Assembly (NCBI RefSeq): GCF_030684315.1
Contig: NC_081370.1
Location: forward strand, 28,213,078 to 28,277,077
DNA length: 64,000 nucleotides
Direction of reading: 5' to 3'
Source: Stegostoma tigrinum
Lineage: Eukaryota
Part shown: positions 1 to 14,000 of the stretch, in pieces
Numbering within the stretch: position 1 is the stretch's first letter
Layout of the letters: each line of letters starts with the position of its first letter
Program-made: the position numbers and the translations under genes
The notes under the pieces: model-generated
Seen by the model: the letters and a program-made list of their open reading frames with translations, nothing else
Told to the model about the DNA's origin: nothing
Database searches by the model: none

Positions 1-595
1 CGGGAAATCATGATTAAGTAATTACAACTGGGAATCGTTGAGACATCAGAATGAGTGGAGCACAAATACATTGGAGGGATGTGATGCTGGAGGAGAAGTA
101 TTTTAACATAATGGAGTTAAACCTTGGGCTTTTTATCATTTGTTTCTGATGTAGACTCGTTTTCTAATTTTAGAACACTTAGAAAAGTAAATTATTATGA
201 AGACAGAAGCAGAATTGGAGGATTGAAAACATATACAGTATGTAGCATCATGACAATTTAACCAGTGTCTTTCTCAGCCAGAGGCACTAAGCTGATTTGA
301 AGTGGGATAAGATCACAATTAGATAAAGTACATCCTACAAGCTTTTCATGGGAGGGTAGTGGAGATTTCCCTTTTCTGATATCATCGACCAAAAGTGTTG
401 GCTAATCAACTGAAGAGCAATAGGGGGTCAAAATATTTCCATTAAACAGCAATGGACTAGTTGGATCTGATTAACATCCACAGCAGTTCATCACTTATAT
501 AAATAGTCCTGAATTGTTTTGAAAAAGTTGTCACAGCCATTTCGAAGAAAAGCTTTTTTGATGATGTCAGTGATAATGATTAGACGGTGGCTTTC

Positions 596-785
596 ATGGA
601 GTGAATTGCTAGAGGAAGTGATAGATGCGGGTATCATTACAAAATTTAAAAAACATTTGGATAAGTACTCGAATAGGAAAGGTTTAGAAGGACTTGGGCC
701 AAACACAAGCAAATGGGATTAGTTTATGTTGGGAAACTTGGTCAACATGAATAAGTTGGACTGAAGGGTCTGCTTATGACTCTAC
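596..785 (+). mobile_element. CR1-type LINE 3' end
   Basis: ELLEEVIDAGIITKFKKHLDKY..KGLEGLGPN. Confidence 0.75.
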
Positions 786-1745
786 AAACTTTGAAACAGA
801 GAATCTTCAGAGAACTGACAGAAGCTTTGTTCAGGGGATTAATTCTATGGTCATGAAACTAAAGAGGATTGTTAAATATGAGATTATTACCTAAAGGATC
901 AAGAGAAAGGTCTGCATTTTCCTTCAATGTAGAACATTGTCAGGATATGGAATACCATAGCAGCAATAGTGTTCAAACAAAGCTTCTAGCATTTTAGAAA
1001 AAGATGTGGATAAATAATTGAATCGTTTTTTTAAAATCATATGGGAATAGGGCATGGGAATATACATAGGTATATAAGGCCCAGTGACATCCTTTTAGAT
1101 ATTTGTAAATCAACCTGTTCAGAAATGTTATGACACACCTCTAGAACAGATGGGACTTGAACCCAGGACTCTGATTCAGAGGTTGGGACACTGTTCCACT
1201 GAAGTCCTTCAATCTCATCCTTTTGTGCTGTAAAACTCTACTATTCTATCAAACTGTCACTGTGATGTTTATCGTTATGAGCATACAATCTGATGTTGCA
1301 TACTCAATTGAAGAAATAATCAGTTGTTTAAAGGAAAAAACCTCAGAGTGTTATTTTTTACGCTAAGATTGCACTGGTGACCACCAAACTAATTCAAAAA
1401 ATTGAGTGCATCTAATTTGTACCTGCTGGCTGGAGCTTAACATCATAGAAAATAGGAGGAGGTTATACACCCACTCTCTGAAACCATTCATGGCACATTC
1501 TTAAGCTTAATGCTACTTTGCTGCCAACTTCTTTGATTCCCTGAGTCCAAAAATCTATTGGTCTTAGCCTTTAATGTACTCAATAACTTTGCAACCACAC
1601 CCTCTAGAGAATTAGGACAAATCTCATGCTCTGATTGTCTCTAAACAGCTGAATCCTTATCCTTAAACCATATTCCCTATTTCTGGAGTCTCCAACTAGA
1701 GGGGATAGTGTCTGAACATCTTTGTCAAGTTACCTCAGAATCTTA

Positions 1746-2168
1746 GATAATAAAATGTGAGGCTGGATGAACACAGCAGGCCAAGCAGCATCTCAGGAGC
1801 ACAAAAGCTGACGTTTCGGGCCTAGACCCTTCATCAGAGAGGGGGATGGGGGGAGGGAACTGGAATAAATAGGGAGAGATCCCACCTCCTTGACCTGTCC
1901 GTCTTCCCTGGACTGACCTATCCCCTCCCTACCTCCCCACCTACACCCTCTCCACCTATCTTCTTTACTCTCCATCTTCGGTCCGCCTCCCCCTCTCTCC
2001 CTATTTATTCCAGTTCCCTCCCCCCATCCCCCTCTCTGATGAAGGGTCTAGGCCCGAAACGTCAGCTTTTGTGCTCCTGAGATGCTGCTTGGCCTGCTGT
2101 GTTCATCCAGCCTCACATTTTATTATCTTGGAATCTCCAGCATCTGCAGTTCCCATTATCTCTGATAC
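1746..2168. mobile_element. Non-coding fold-back copy of the Penelope family
   Basis: Inverted 3' ends (1746-1879 on -, 1879-2168 on + with tail); TSD TACCTCAGAATCTTA at 1731-1745 and 2169-2183. Confidence 0.92.
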
Positions 2169-4138
2169 TACCTCAGAATCTTATTTGCTTCAATCAAAAC
2201 ATGCACCTTCTCGTTGAAGGAAAAAAAAATTCCAGATGTCACTGATAAATTTGAAGTGTTTTCCAAGTGATGCATTTGCTTTGTTAAATTCTTTTAGGAA
2301 GCTTTCTCTTGGTTGTGAAGTATGCTACAAATCCAATGCCACCATTAACATTTTTTAAAAAATCTGAAGCTACACTTAATGCAATGTCAAACCATAGGTT
2401 TGAGACAGCTCCCATAAATGACTGTTTATTTCACTGACTTTTCAGAACATAATACTGATTACATTGTCCACCAAGACTTAGAAAATAATTGAGGTGAGCT
2501 CATTATCGTTTCAAATGATAATATTTTAAAAGTATTCATTTTAAATCATCTCAACTTTATTCAGCAGTTTGTAATGTGTAAAGAGCTTTCATTAGACTGA
2601 AAGTTAAAATTCTGGTTCCATATACATTGCAGAATTACATGATCAAGAAGTCAGACTTTTAGAGAAAACAAACAAGTGGGCATCTGGAGCTGAAGAGATT
2701 TCTCAGTGCCTGGCATTATATAATCAAGATTTCTGTCCACCCACTATTTCATGATGAATTGAAACTGTGCAAATAAATTTGAATGGAAAGTAAGTTCTTT
2801 GGGAAATGTTTGAAACCTGGGTTATAAAAAAGTCTATCAAATATTTCACTGGATGTAAGAGCTTGATTAAACAGAAGCATTTGCTAGCTGCCAAAATGCA
2901 GTAAGCTGAAACCAAAATGAATTCATGCATCCTGACTCATCCTTCTCAAATCTGCTATTATGTGTCGTATGAGAATGCATCTAAAGCTGTCGTTCCTTAA
3001 CTGTGTGTTAATCAGCAACAATGAATAGGGCTACGACTTCCCCTCCTCTAATAATGTCCAAGTAACGTACGGCCTTGCCCTTGTTCTGCGTCTCTCGGTT
3101 TCTATTTCTGGGCCATGGGTTTCTACCGACTGCTGCATCAAAGACTGACCCTGACTGGGAACTTGGCAGCAACGTTCCTACTGTGTAACTGTAACCTACC
3201 TGAGGCTAACCCTGTTGCCTTGGCACTGTAGAATGGTCTGGGCTTTATTGTTAACCAGTGCAAGACCTTCAACCTTCTTTCTACTCTTTCCTCGCTAAGC
3301 ATGTAACTGATAAGGCACTGCGAAAATAAGTTTTAGTTATTTCGTGTGTGCAGCATTATATGTAGAGTACTTTGGTGCCATCTAGTGCTTTTTGTCAATT
3401 CTGCACCTTAAAGTGTTCGAGTTCAGAGATTTCTGTAGAGGCTGAGATGGCCAAATTAACTTTTTTTAAAAAATTGTTCATGGGATGTGGGCATTGCTGC
3501 CGTAGCCAGAGTTTATCACCTATTCCTAATTGCCAGGGGGGCAGTTCTGAATCAATCACGTTGCTGTGATGTAGGCAGATGAGTTAAGGATGACAGATTC
3601 TCTTCCCGAAAGGGCAGTAATGAAACAGACATGGAAAAAGAAGAGGAAAAAGATTACAACTGAGATTAACTCGTAAATCAATGATATGGACAATATTCCA
3701 TGTGTTTTTACTTTGAGTCCATAAAGTGTCCAGTGTCCAGTGAAGGTCCTTAGCTGAACTTGAAGAATTTTTTTTACTTGTGGTTGAAGTTGTAGCAACA
3801 TGAAGTTGGTTCAGTTTTCAGAAGAATACAGGCTTTCGTCTACAAGCCAACATTTTGAAGAGACTGAGACTTGAGGCAGGTTTAATTCAGGCTATAGTCT
3901 AGCTATGGAGTTAGCAAACCCTAGGTTCTTAGCAGATTGAGATTAACAGGAACCAGACCCTTACCAGATTGAGGCAGTGATGTCCAGAGATGACAGTTAA
4001 CATTTCCAAATTCTTGTTGTGGTGATGGTGTGTTGGAGTTGTTTCTGACGTGACTGTCCTTGAATGAGTCATGGTTTGACTTAATGAAGAGTTTCTACAC
4101 CTAATTGTTCATTTGTATGAAATCAAAGTTGAGCTGTT

Positions 4139-4223
4139 AGATAACAAAGTGTGGGGCTGGATGAACACGGCAGGCCAAGCAACATCTTAGGAGCACAAAA
4201 GCTGACGTTTCGGGCCTAGACCC
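4139..4223 (-). mobile_element. Solo 3'-end fragment of the Penelope family
   Basis: GATAACAAAGTGTGGGGCTGGATGAACAC..CGGGCCTAGACCC; stops inside the hammerhead motif. Confidence 0.85.
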
Positions 4224-5085
4224 TGCTTCAGGCATAATGAGTTTCAGAACTATCTGGGTGGAAGCATCTCGTCTGCTGGACGTTTGGTGTTTGTTGACTG
4301 CAAAGTGCATGCAATGCATTTTGCATAACATTTTCTGAGGCTGATGTAAACTCTATATTGCTTACTACTGATAACTTTCCAGTAGTGCAGTCCAATTTTA
4401 ACATGTGGCATGAAAATGTCATAGTTTAGACCATTAAGTTCATTTAAAAATTTAAACAGAAAGTATAACTTTTTTTTTTAAAAAGATCTCTTTTTATGTT
4501 TTGTGACCACTATATGAATCTGAAGTTTTTCTTACTGATGCAGCAGCCTGTTAGCCATCTGTCAATTGAGTGCTATGAGCTTTGGTATATTGTTAGTAAT
4601 CCTATTCTTTTAGTTTCAGCTTCTATAAGCATGTTTCTAGGTCAGACTTCTTGCCCTTGTGATCCAATGCCATATTTAGTGGCCAGTTCATGAGGAATTG
4701 TGAAATTGCTATGATATTTGAGGATGAGAAAAAGAAGACTTTGGAACAAAATGGCAGTGTTGACAATATTTTTGTTTTAACGCAAAGCTTTTAAAATGTC
4801 TCAGCAAATAATGTAAAGAAAATGCTTTCAGTCACAGCACTCCAAGCTGTTGTAGCGATGCGTTTAACAAATATATAGATAGGCCTCTGAAGTGAGCAGT
4901 GATGTCATTCTGAGCCCAGTGGTCTTGTGTTAGTGTTGTAGTTAGTAGGTGGGCCCTGTGCAGCTCCTTAGTCTTACTGTCGTGGGCACGAACCAATAAA
5001 CATAAATTAAACATTAAAGAAGTCAGGCCTGAGTTTGTATCAAGACCTGATGAATCCGTACAAAAACACAGAGTCTTTGCTTTAT

Positions 5086-6820
5086 GTGTGATAATGGGAT
5101 GCTGGAGAATCCAAGATAATAAAGTGTGAAGCTGGATGAACACAGCAGGCCAAGCAACATCTCAGGAGCACAAAAGCTGATGTTTCGGGCCTAGGCCCTT
5201 CATCAGAGAGGGGGATGGGGTGAGGGTTCTGGAATAAATAGGGAGAGAGGGGGAGGCGGACCGAAGATGGAAAGAAAAGAAGATAGGTGGAGAGGAGAGT
5301 ATAGGTGGGGAGGTAGGGAGGGGATAGGTCAGTCCAGGGAAGACAGACAGGTCAAGGAGGTGGGATGAGGTTAGTAGGTAGGAAATGTAGGTGCAGCTTG
5401 GGGTGGAAGGAAGGGATGGGTGAGAGGAAGAACAGGTTAGGGAGGCAGAGACAGGCTGGGCTGATTTTGGGATGCAGTGGGGGGAGGGGAAGAGCTGGGC
5501 TGGTTGTGTGATGCGGTGGGGGAAGGGGAGATTTTGAAGCTGGTGAAGTCCACATTGATACCATTGGGCTGCAGGGTTCCCAAGCGGAATATGAGTTGCT
5601 GTTCCTGCAACTTTCGGGTGGCATCATTGTGGCACTGCAGGAGGCCCATGATGGACATGTCATCTAAAGAATGGGAGGGGGAGTTGAAATGGTTCGCGAC
5701 TGGGAGGTGCAGTTGTTTATTGCGAACCGAGCGGAGGTGTTCTGCAAAGCGGTCCCCTAGCCTCCGCTTGGTTTCTCCAATGTAGAGGAAGCCACACTGG
5801 GTACAATGGATACAGTATACCACATTGGCAGATGTGCAGGTGAACCTCTGCTTAATATAGAAAGTCATCTTGGGGCCTGGGAGGGCAACTGCCCTCCAAC
5901 CCCACCACACAGGGCACCTTCCCCTGCAACCGCAGGAAATGCTACACTTGAGGGAGGAGGTGTGGGGGCAAGTGTAGCATTTCCTGCGGTTGCAGGGGAA
6001 GGTGGGTTGGAGGGCAGTTGCCCTCCCAGGCCCCAAGATGACTTTCCATATTAAGCAGAGGTTCACCTGCACATCTGCCAATGTGGTATACTGTATCCAT
6101 TGTAGCATTGTAACATTGGGGAAACCAAGCGGAGGCTAGGGGACCGCTTTGCAGAACACCTCCGCTCGGTTCGCAATAAACAACTGCACCTCCCAGTCGC
6201 GAACCATTTCAACTCCCCCTCCCATTCTTTAGATGACATGTCCATCATGGGCCTCCTGAAGTGCCACAATGATGCCACCCGAAGGTTGCAGGAACAGCAA
6301 CTCATATTCCGCCTGGGAACCCTGCAGCCCAATGGTATCAATGTGGACTTCACCAGCTTCAAAATCTCCCCTTCCCCCACCGCATCCCAAAACCCCAGTT
6401 CGTCCCCTACCCCCACTGAACCACACAACCAGCCCAGCTCTTCCCCTCCCCCCACTGCATCCCAAAACCAGTCCAGCCTGTCTCTGCCTGCCTAACCTGT
6501 TCTTCCTCTCACCCATCCCTTCCTCCCACACCAAGCCACACCTCCATCTCCTACCTACTAACCTCATCCCACCTCCTTGGCCTGTCCATCTTCCCTGGAC
6601 TGACCTATCCCCTCCCTACCTCCCCACCTATACTCTCCTCTCCACCTATCTTCTTTTCTCTCCATCTTCAGTCCGCCTCCCCCTCTCTCCCTATTTATTC
6701 CAGAACCCTCACCCCATCCCCCTCTCTGATGAAGGGTCAAGGCCCAAAACGTCAGCTTTTGTGCTCCTGAGGTGCTGCTTGGCCTGCTGTGTTCATTCAG
6801 CTTCACACTCTATTATCTTG
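5086..6820. mobile_element. 1.7-kb fold-back Penelope copy with GIY-YIG sequence in both arms
   Basis: Inverted arms of about 0.8 kb, rearranged centre 5880-6026; TSD GAGTCTTTGCTTTAT at 5071-5085 and 6821-6835. Confidence 0.93.
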
Positions 6821-7239
6821 GAGTCTTTGCTTTATACCCCGATTACTGTACCTCTAGGGCAAAGATACTGAATGTACCATATCTCAAATAAAGGTAGCAG
6901 TTGTGAATCCTAGGTCAGAACTTGGAATTTAGTTACGACTGAAGATAACAAGGGATAGAAAGAACTCGCCAATTAGTACTCCATATAAATGCAGCTATGA
7001 CTAATTCTGCACAAACGACACAGAGGTGTGTGCATGTCAGTATGTAAAAAGACATTTGAGAATCCCCTCGGGCAGTCCAACTGGATGAAGATGAATTGTT
7101 TCCACGCCAATTTCATAGTAAGTCCGACGGTAAACACTACATCCTATTTTCTTACTGTTAGTAATTGGGATTTATTGGTGGAAGGCATGGTTTACACAGT
7201 GGTTTGCGGTGCTGAGCAGCAAGTTCTGGAAGCACTAAT

Positions 7240-7446
7240 GCGACAGAACAACTTCTACATATACAAAACGAACGCTCAGTGCGGACCGCGTCATAACAAG
7301 ACGATGTAGGGTACCTAGCAACCCAGTCTGGAGCCGAGCAACCCTTGTCAAGGAACCTAGCAACTGGCAAAAGAATACAAACAATCCGGTTTGGAAGCCG
7401 GGGGCGTGCGGCACTTGTAGCAGCGAGCCAGCTGTTCCCGGTGAGT
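7240..7446 (+). promoter_or_regulatory. Probable promoter and non-coding first exon of the C11orf16-like gene
   Basis: Local CpG enrichment, two RFX X-box-like motifs (7310-7322, 7352-7364), GGGGCG element, donor CCG|GTGAGT at 7441. Confidence 0.6.
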
Positions 7447-7852
7447 ATACCACTGGATGTAGACCTAGCCACAGCCAGGCCTCTCGCCTGGAAAACACAA
7501 CCCCGCGCAGGCTATGAATTTCCCAATTAAAAAGAAAGTTTAACCGAGCACAGCTTTCAATCAGTAAGTTACCACTTGTGTTTTACATCATCACGCTACT
7601 CTAATAATCTTGGTTAAGTCTATCTTAACAAATACGCCGCATTCTCGCGGGCTCCAGGTTATTCAAGCGAACACTAAACAAAGTTAAAGGCAGCTTCTTT
7701 GAAAATTTAAATGTCCCCCACGGACACATTCCAAGCTCCAATATGCTTCCGTGAAGTTGATGCAGTCTTTCGCGGAAACCTCCAGTTGTTCGTGCTGATT
7801 CGAATTTGCTTGTATTTTTGGGGAAGGTACACGATCCCTGGGAACTGCGAGC

Positions 7853-8062
7853 ATGCCTGTGGTTTACCCCTTTCTACAGTTCCGGGGATTTCCCACGTTG
7901 TTCGGAGAAGTGAGGGATACGAATGTTACCTTTGTTATTGACACTTCGGAAAGTATGCAAGCTCATCTCAGTACAGTCAAATGTCACCTTGTGGAAACGC
8001 TTCTGGCTATGGCTTATAGTACAAACTGCGGGCTCTTTAACATTGTGGAATTCTCAAATAAG
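7853..8062 (+). CDS. C11orf16: C11orf16-like coding exon 1 (start of vWA domain)
   Basis: ATG at 7853; VTFVIDTSESM (DxSxS) and FNIVEFS; donor AAG|GTATAA, phase 0. Confidence 0.8.
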
Positions 8063-11000
8063 GTATAATCTGCTTGTACAGTTAAGAACAATACTTGACT
8101 TTAAATTATATTTTGTATTTCGTGTGGTAAGAAAGGGAAAACATAAGTTTCATTTGGGAGATTAAGGGTTGCCTGGAAGCAGCATAGAATGACACAGAGA
8201 AAGGTGGTACAATCTAGAAAGTCAGTGAGTCCATGTTTGATAACCCAGAGAGTGAGTGAAGTACTACAGGACACTGAATTTTGGGAACTCGTAGTTACTC
8301 TGACTTTTATGTAAAATGAATTTAGTTTGCAGTTGCTCTAAGTGTCTCAGGCAGATACAAAGGGGAAAGAAACATCAACTGCACAGAAATTTGCTCAAGT
8401 ACTGCAACTGTACTAGCCTGAATCTCAGCACAGAGCTTCAATGTGGAGATAGTAGGAACTATTCACTGAGGTTTGGGTGACTAAAGATATTGGATGGATA
8501 AAATGGGTAGTGTGAGTTTGAGTCCTTTTCTGAAGTGGATAATTTTTTTTTCGAACCTAATGTTTGTCTTGAGTAAAATAGTTCATCATTTACTTGATTA
8601 ATAGACAATTTATCATTTGTATTGAAAGGACACAAACAGCCACTTATAAATATGTTCCAATACTGACCTCCACAGGTAAAAAAAAATATAGATGTGCATT
8701 ATCAGGTTTCTCCCTAAGGTCTGACTTGCCTAGAATTAACATCAGCTGGAAATAGAGCAGTACTAAGAGGTATAGAGCTATACTTTGTTGATGTCAGCAA
8801 AAAGAAACCTTATAAGTTAATAAATATAATTTAGTTATGTAATTGCCACTGGGTGGAACATTAAAGAAGAAATTATTGGAGCCTATAACAAAGACAATGA
8901 AATTATTATGGGAGACTTTAGTCTTCATCAAGACTGAGGCAATCTTATTGGTGAGGATGATCTAGAAGTTAATGTTATATAATGTTTTCATATTATGTCC
9001 CTTTGTGATACTTTGTGCAAATGACTAGGCACAGAAGTTTCTTAGTTTAGCATTGTGTAATGAGGCAGGATTATTTGGGAACGCCATAATCCATTACAAA
9101 ATGGTGGTTATAAAACCATTGAATTTCATATTAAGATGTTAAATATATACTCCAATCGGAAACAAAATCTTAAAAAATGGTGCAGGCTTAAGAGGAGAAC
9201 AGGCTAAGGCTGATTGAATAAGTATACTAAAAGTTATGCAGTAAAATAAACACTGACAAACATTTAAAGAAACACTTTAAAATATTCAACCATAATACAT
9301 CCAAAACAGAAAGACTCATCCATGGCTCAGGAAGTTATGATTAATATTAAAATTTTAAAAATGCTTACATTGCAAAGAAAAACAGTAGTGATACAGAGAA
9401 TTGTATATATTTTAGTAATCAGAAAATGACCACCAAAGTAGATTTTTAAAAATCAAAAAAGAAGAAATATGCACACACGTAGTCAGAAATTTTAAAATTA
9501 GCTTTAAGAGCTTCTTTAAGTATATAAAAAGGAAGAATCTGGATAAAATAAACAAGGGGAGAACACAGTGAGTCTTCAGAAAGGAATTGACAGTTTAAAT
9601 GAATGGGTAACAGGATGGCATAAGTTATTTATTTTGTTTGCAAGAATAGAGAAACAGATTTCTAAAAAGAGGTGTTAAAATTGTAAATTCCTAGGTTCAG
9701 AGTGACATGGATGTAAGGAAAATATAAGATTAGCAAGTAGGAAGGCATGTTGTACATTTGCCCTTATTATAAGCTGACTGGAGTACCAGAATAAAAATAA
9801 CTTTGCTACAGTATGTAAGGTTTTGGTATGACCTCATCTGGAATTTTTTGTGCTGTTTTTGATCTTTATCTTTAAAGAAGGATATGCTCACATTGGGGGT
9901 GGTACAGTGAATATTCATTAAATAGGTTCCTGAGATGAAAGAGTTGTCCTATGATGACACATTACATAATTAGAACTTTTTCTGTGGAGTTTAGAAGAAT
10001 GATTAGGAATCTGACTGAGTTGTACAAGATCCTGAAGAGGCTTGACAGAGTAAGTGTCATGATATTGTTTTGGTTTGTCAGTGAATATAAAATGTAGCAG
10101 CAGAGTCTCAGAATAAGGTGACAATCATTTAAGATTGAAATGAGGAGAAATTACTTCACTCAAAGTGTCATGAATCTTTGGAATTCTGCACCTTAGAGGA
10201 TTGTTCATGTTGCATTTTTGAATGCAGTAAAGACTTGTAAAGACAGATTTTTGTTCTGTTAGTGAAGCACAAGGAATGGGGTGGAGGTGGGAAAGTGGAG
10301 CAAAAGCCTGAGATCAATTGCAATTGCATTGAATGGCAGGCGTCTGGTCTGCTCCTGTTTCTACTTTGTGTTTTAGTACAGTGTAGCCTTACTTAAATCT
10401 GTTGTTAATACAGCCATATTATGAACAATTGTTACAGCAGTGTAATTACTATGTATGGTGTAAATGACCCCACCCGAAAAATTGACTACACATTATTTTT
10501 GGTAAATTAGCATAATTATAGCAGTTTGAATAAAATATCAATCAGTCATTTTCTAATTGTTGTTTTGAAATATATTGTCACTGTTAAACATCTCCTGTTT
10601 TTACACAGGTTACCAAATGGTGTGACCGCCTAGTAGCATGCTCTTCTCAGACAATCTACAATGCAATACAATGGGTTCAATCCCTCTACTGCACACAGGG
10701 AAGGAATCTCCTTGGCGCATTGACTGCTGCATTTCATGATCCAACATGTGAGGCCATTTACCTGGTGACAAATGGCTTACCTGACAATCCATTAAAGGAT
10801 GTTTTTCATGTGGTACCTTATATTTCACATGGTCGTCCAGTGCACATTTTCTATTTATCAGATAAATGGGTAGACAGTGAATGCCAAGACTTTCTGCAGA
10901 GAATTGGTGGACTTACCCAAGGCAGTGCTCACCTCATTAGACTCAACACCTCTGGAGATATCAAACAGGTAACTTATGGAGATCAAATATGCAACACTCT

Positions 11001-14000
11001 TACAGAAAATGATGTAAGAACACTGTAAATCATTTGTCTTCAGAAAGGCAAAAAACTTATCACAGAGGCATCATGATGCAATAGTTAATCTATTCTTTCT
11101 TGTAGAAGTCTGTAATGAAAAGTAGATATTAGAAACATAGTTTGTCTATATTAAAATGCCTACCAAAAATTACCCACAGTGGAATGGCTTGAAACAGCCA
11201 AAAACCAGGTACGGCTGTAGAAACTCAGTAGGTCTGGCAGCATCTGTGCTCAGAAAATAGAGTTAATGTGTCAAGACCAGTGACCCTTTATGGAAGGGTA
11301 CTAAACAGTATTCAATTTTGGTGCTTTAAGTAATGATTTTTCTTCTTTCACCTGGAGCGTATGTGTGCCTGTATGAGGAAAAGCAAAGAAGCCACTTTAT
11401 TCAACCACAAACCAAACAAGTTGCTTTGACTTTGTTCACTTTCTGGGAAAGTGTGTTAAATTTCAACATTAAAATGCCTTGTATTTTTGAATAATCTAAA
11501 CATTTGTTTACTGTTACCTAGGTGATTTGTATTTATGCAACAGGCCTCACAACCTCTGGGCCCTTGTATCCTGATCTAAAGTACTGCACTGTAAAAAGAA
11601 TGCCGGATAACAACGCGTACACTGGCTCATGGGTAACAGGTTGTGACCTAAAAGCCTTTGAAACTCATCCAGTCTGTGTTTGCGACCCTCAGGTGACTAC
11701 TTGGTTAGTCTTGCTTCTTCTCCAGTTATTTTCTTGAAGAAATAGTGTTGCCTCCAGTTTTCTTTAGACCTGACTAGAATATTAATTTCCTTCATTCAGC
11801 TTTGTACATATATTGTAATGCTGCAGATCAAATTCAATACACAAACTACTTAACTATTTGTGGCTCAAAAATTCTAAAATATACCCCAAACTGAATAAGT
11901 GATATAATCAAATAATTGGCTAGTTTCTAAAATGATAATGTGATTTTGTGTCTATATTCTGTTATGTTTATCTACATCTATTATAATCTATTATAGATAT
12001 CTACGTATAATCTATTTTGTGAACTGTCTTGCAGGTAATGCAATTAGTTAGAGAGTTCAGTCCAATATCAATATTGAAACAGTTCATTTACAAGGCAGCA
12101 AAGCCTCAAGAGAAAAGATTTTGAGCTAAAATGTAACTTTCAAGTGTGAGTTTTAATCTTAAGACTCAGCTGTTAAATCATGCTTTGTTAGCTTGAGAGA
12201 TTACTTGGGGGAATTGTTTGCAGGTTGAACAGACTTAACCAAATAACCAAAGTACTGTGGATGCTGGAGATCTGAAGCAACAACAGCAAGTGCTGGAGAA
12301 GTTTATCAGTCCTGGCAGCATCTATGGGAAGAGAAATATTTTGAGTCTCATATAACATCTCCTGAATTCAGACTTGCATAGTTCATACTTTTATTCATCA
12401 TAGACTACTAAGACTTATTTAATCTTTAGAAGCACATTGTTTTCTATTTCACTGAAATTTTAAATAAGCCTGCAATTACATTGCTTTGGATGATGTCACA
12501 TGATCCCGTGATAAATCCTTTTATTAAATAATTAGGTTTATTGGAGAGTTGCCCCATTGTGTCCAGGGTTGTGCAGGCTAGGTGGGTTAACTATGGTAAA
12601 TATGGGGTTATGGGGATAGGATGCGCTTCAGAAAGGTTGTGCAGACTCGATGGGCAGAAAGGCCTCTATCTACACGGTGGAGATTCTATGCATTCTATGA
12701 TTCTATGTATTATTATCTTGAAAAAAGCTGTTTACATAACTCAATTAATTATTCTGTTTCCAGCTTTCCTCGAAACAAAATTTAAACACTGTTTGCGTTT
12801 CTCAAAATTAATTTAGGGTAGTGCACTAACAATTTTCTCAATAGTATCTGCAAATGTATTGATCCATGGGCCAGACCTCTTGCATCAAGTCAATTAATTC
12901 TTGGAGCCTCTGTCCTAGCAAGGCGAGAGTCTGATGGATTCTATTACCGCGGCACAATCAAGCAAGAAGCAGAGGTAAATTGTATTGTTTATTGAAATAG
13001 GAGTAAGGTTTATTTCAATCTGTCACATTCCTTGCAAAGTTATTTGTTCAATCACATATTTTAAATGATACCAACTTAGTCATCACCATCCCAATTTCAT
13101 TGGTATCAACATTTACTCACTCAGGGGATGACGGCATTGCTGACTAGGCCAGCATTTATTACCCATCCCTATTTGCCCAGAGAGCAGTTCAGAGTCAGCC
13201 ACATTATTGTGGGTTTGGAGTCACATGTAGGCCAGACCAGGTAAGGACAGCAGATTTCCCGCTCTAACGGGCATTAGTGTACCAAATGGATTTTTCTTTT
13301 CATGACAATCTATCTGGTTGTCATTAGATCAGGTCTTTATTCCAGATTTCATTGAATTTAAATCTCATCATCTGAATGGTGGGATTCATGGGATTGTTAG
13401 TCCTATGACATTGCCACTAATACACCACCTCCAAACTGATATTGATTTCAACATTTGTGTGTGATTGCTGGAAAATCTGGCACTGTGTTTTTGGTGAAGC
13501 ACATGGCAGTAATCAGTTGTGGTTTTTGGTGAAAATGATTGAGCTGTAGAATGCTGTGTGCACTTGTAGGAAAGATGGTTGTTCTGTGGAGGAGAGTGAA
13601 AAGGGTATCATTGGCTCTCATTTTCACTTTCATGTGCTATTCTGACTCAAGCGGGGCAGTATTAAACACTACATCACTACTTGTATACTATAGTTAGGCA
13701 AGACAGATTTTGTAAATGAATACTTTTCAATAAAGTGGAATAATAAAAGTGAAAAGTGTTACACCAACATTGATGTAAGTACAATAAATGAAACTTCTCT
13801 CATGGGAAATGTATACAATATGTGCAGCTTAAAGTGTTGTTTATTTGTTGGTTGTACATTTCATCATTCAAATAAATTGTTGAGTTGGCTTTTCTTAGCC
13901 ATTGAATTCTGTACAATGAGGCCATGAGACATTGATCTATACTGTTATTAACTCTAGGAGCCCTGATCAAAGAGAATCAGAAAGCAAATGCTCCTCATTG

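Noticed and set aside
5437-6108. 223-aa GIY-YIG ORF as a stand-alone nuclease gene
   Set aside because: It is a chimeric read-through across the rearranged centre of a truncated fold-back copy.
1-7200. ASCL3, expected upstream of C11orf16 by synteny
   Set aside because: No bHLH-encoding ORF is seen in the window.
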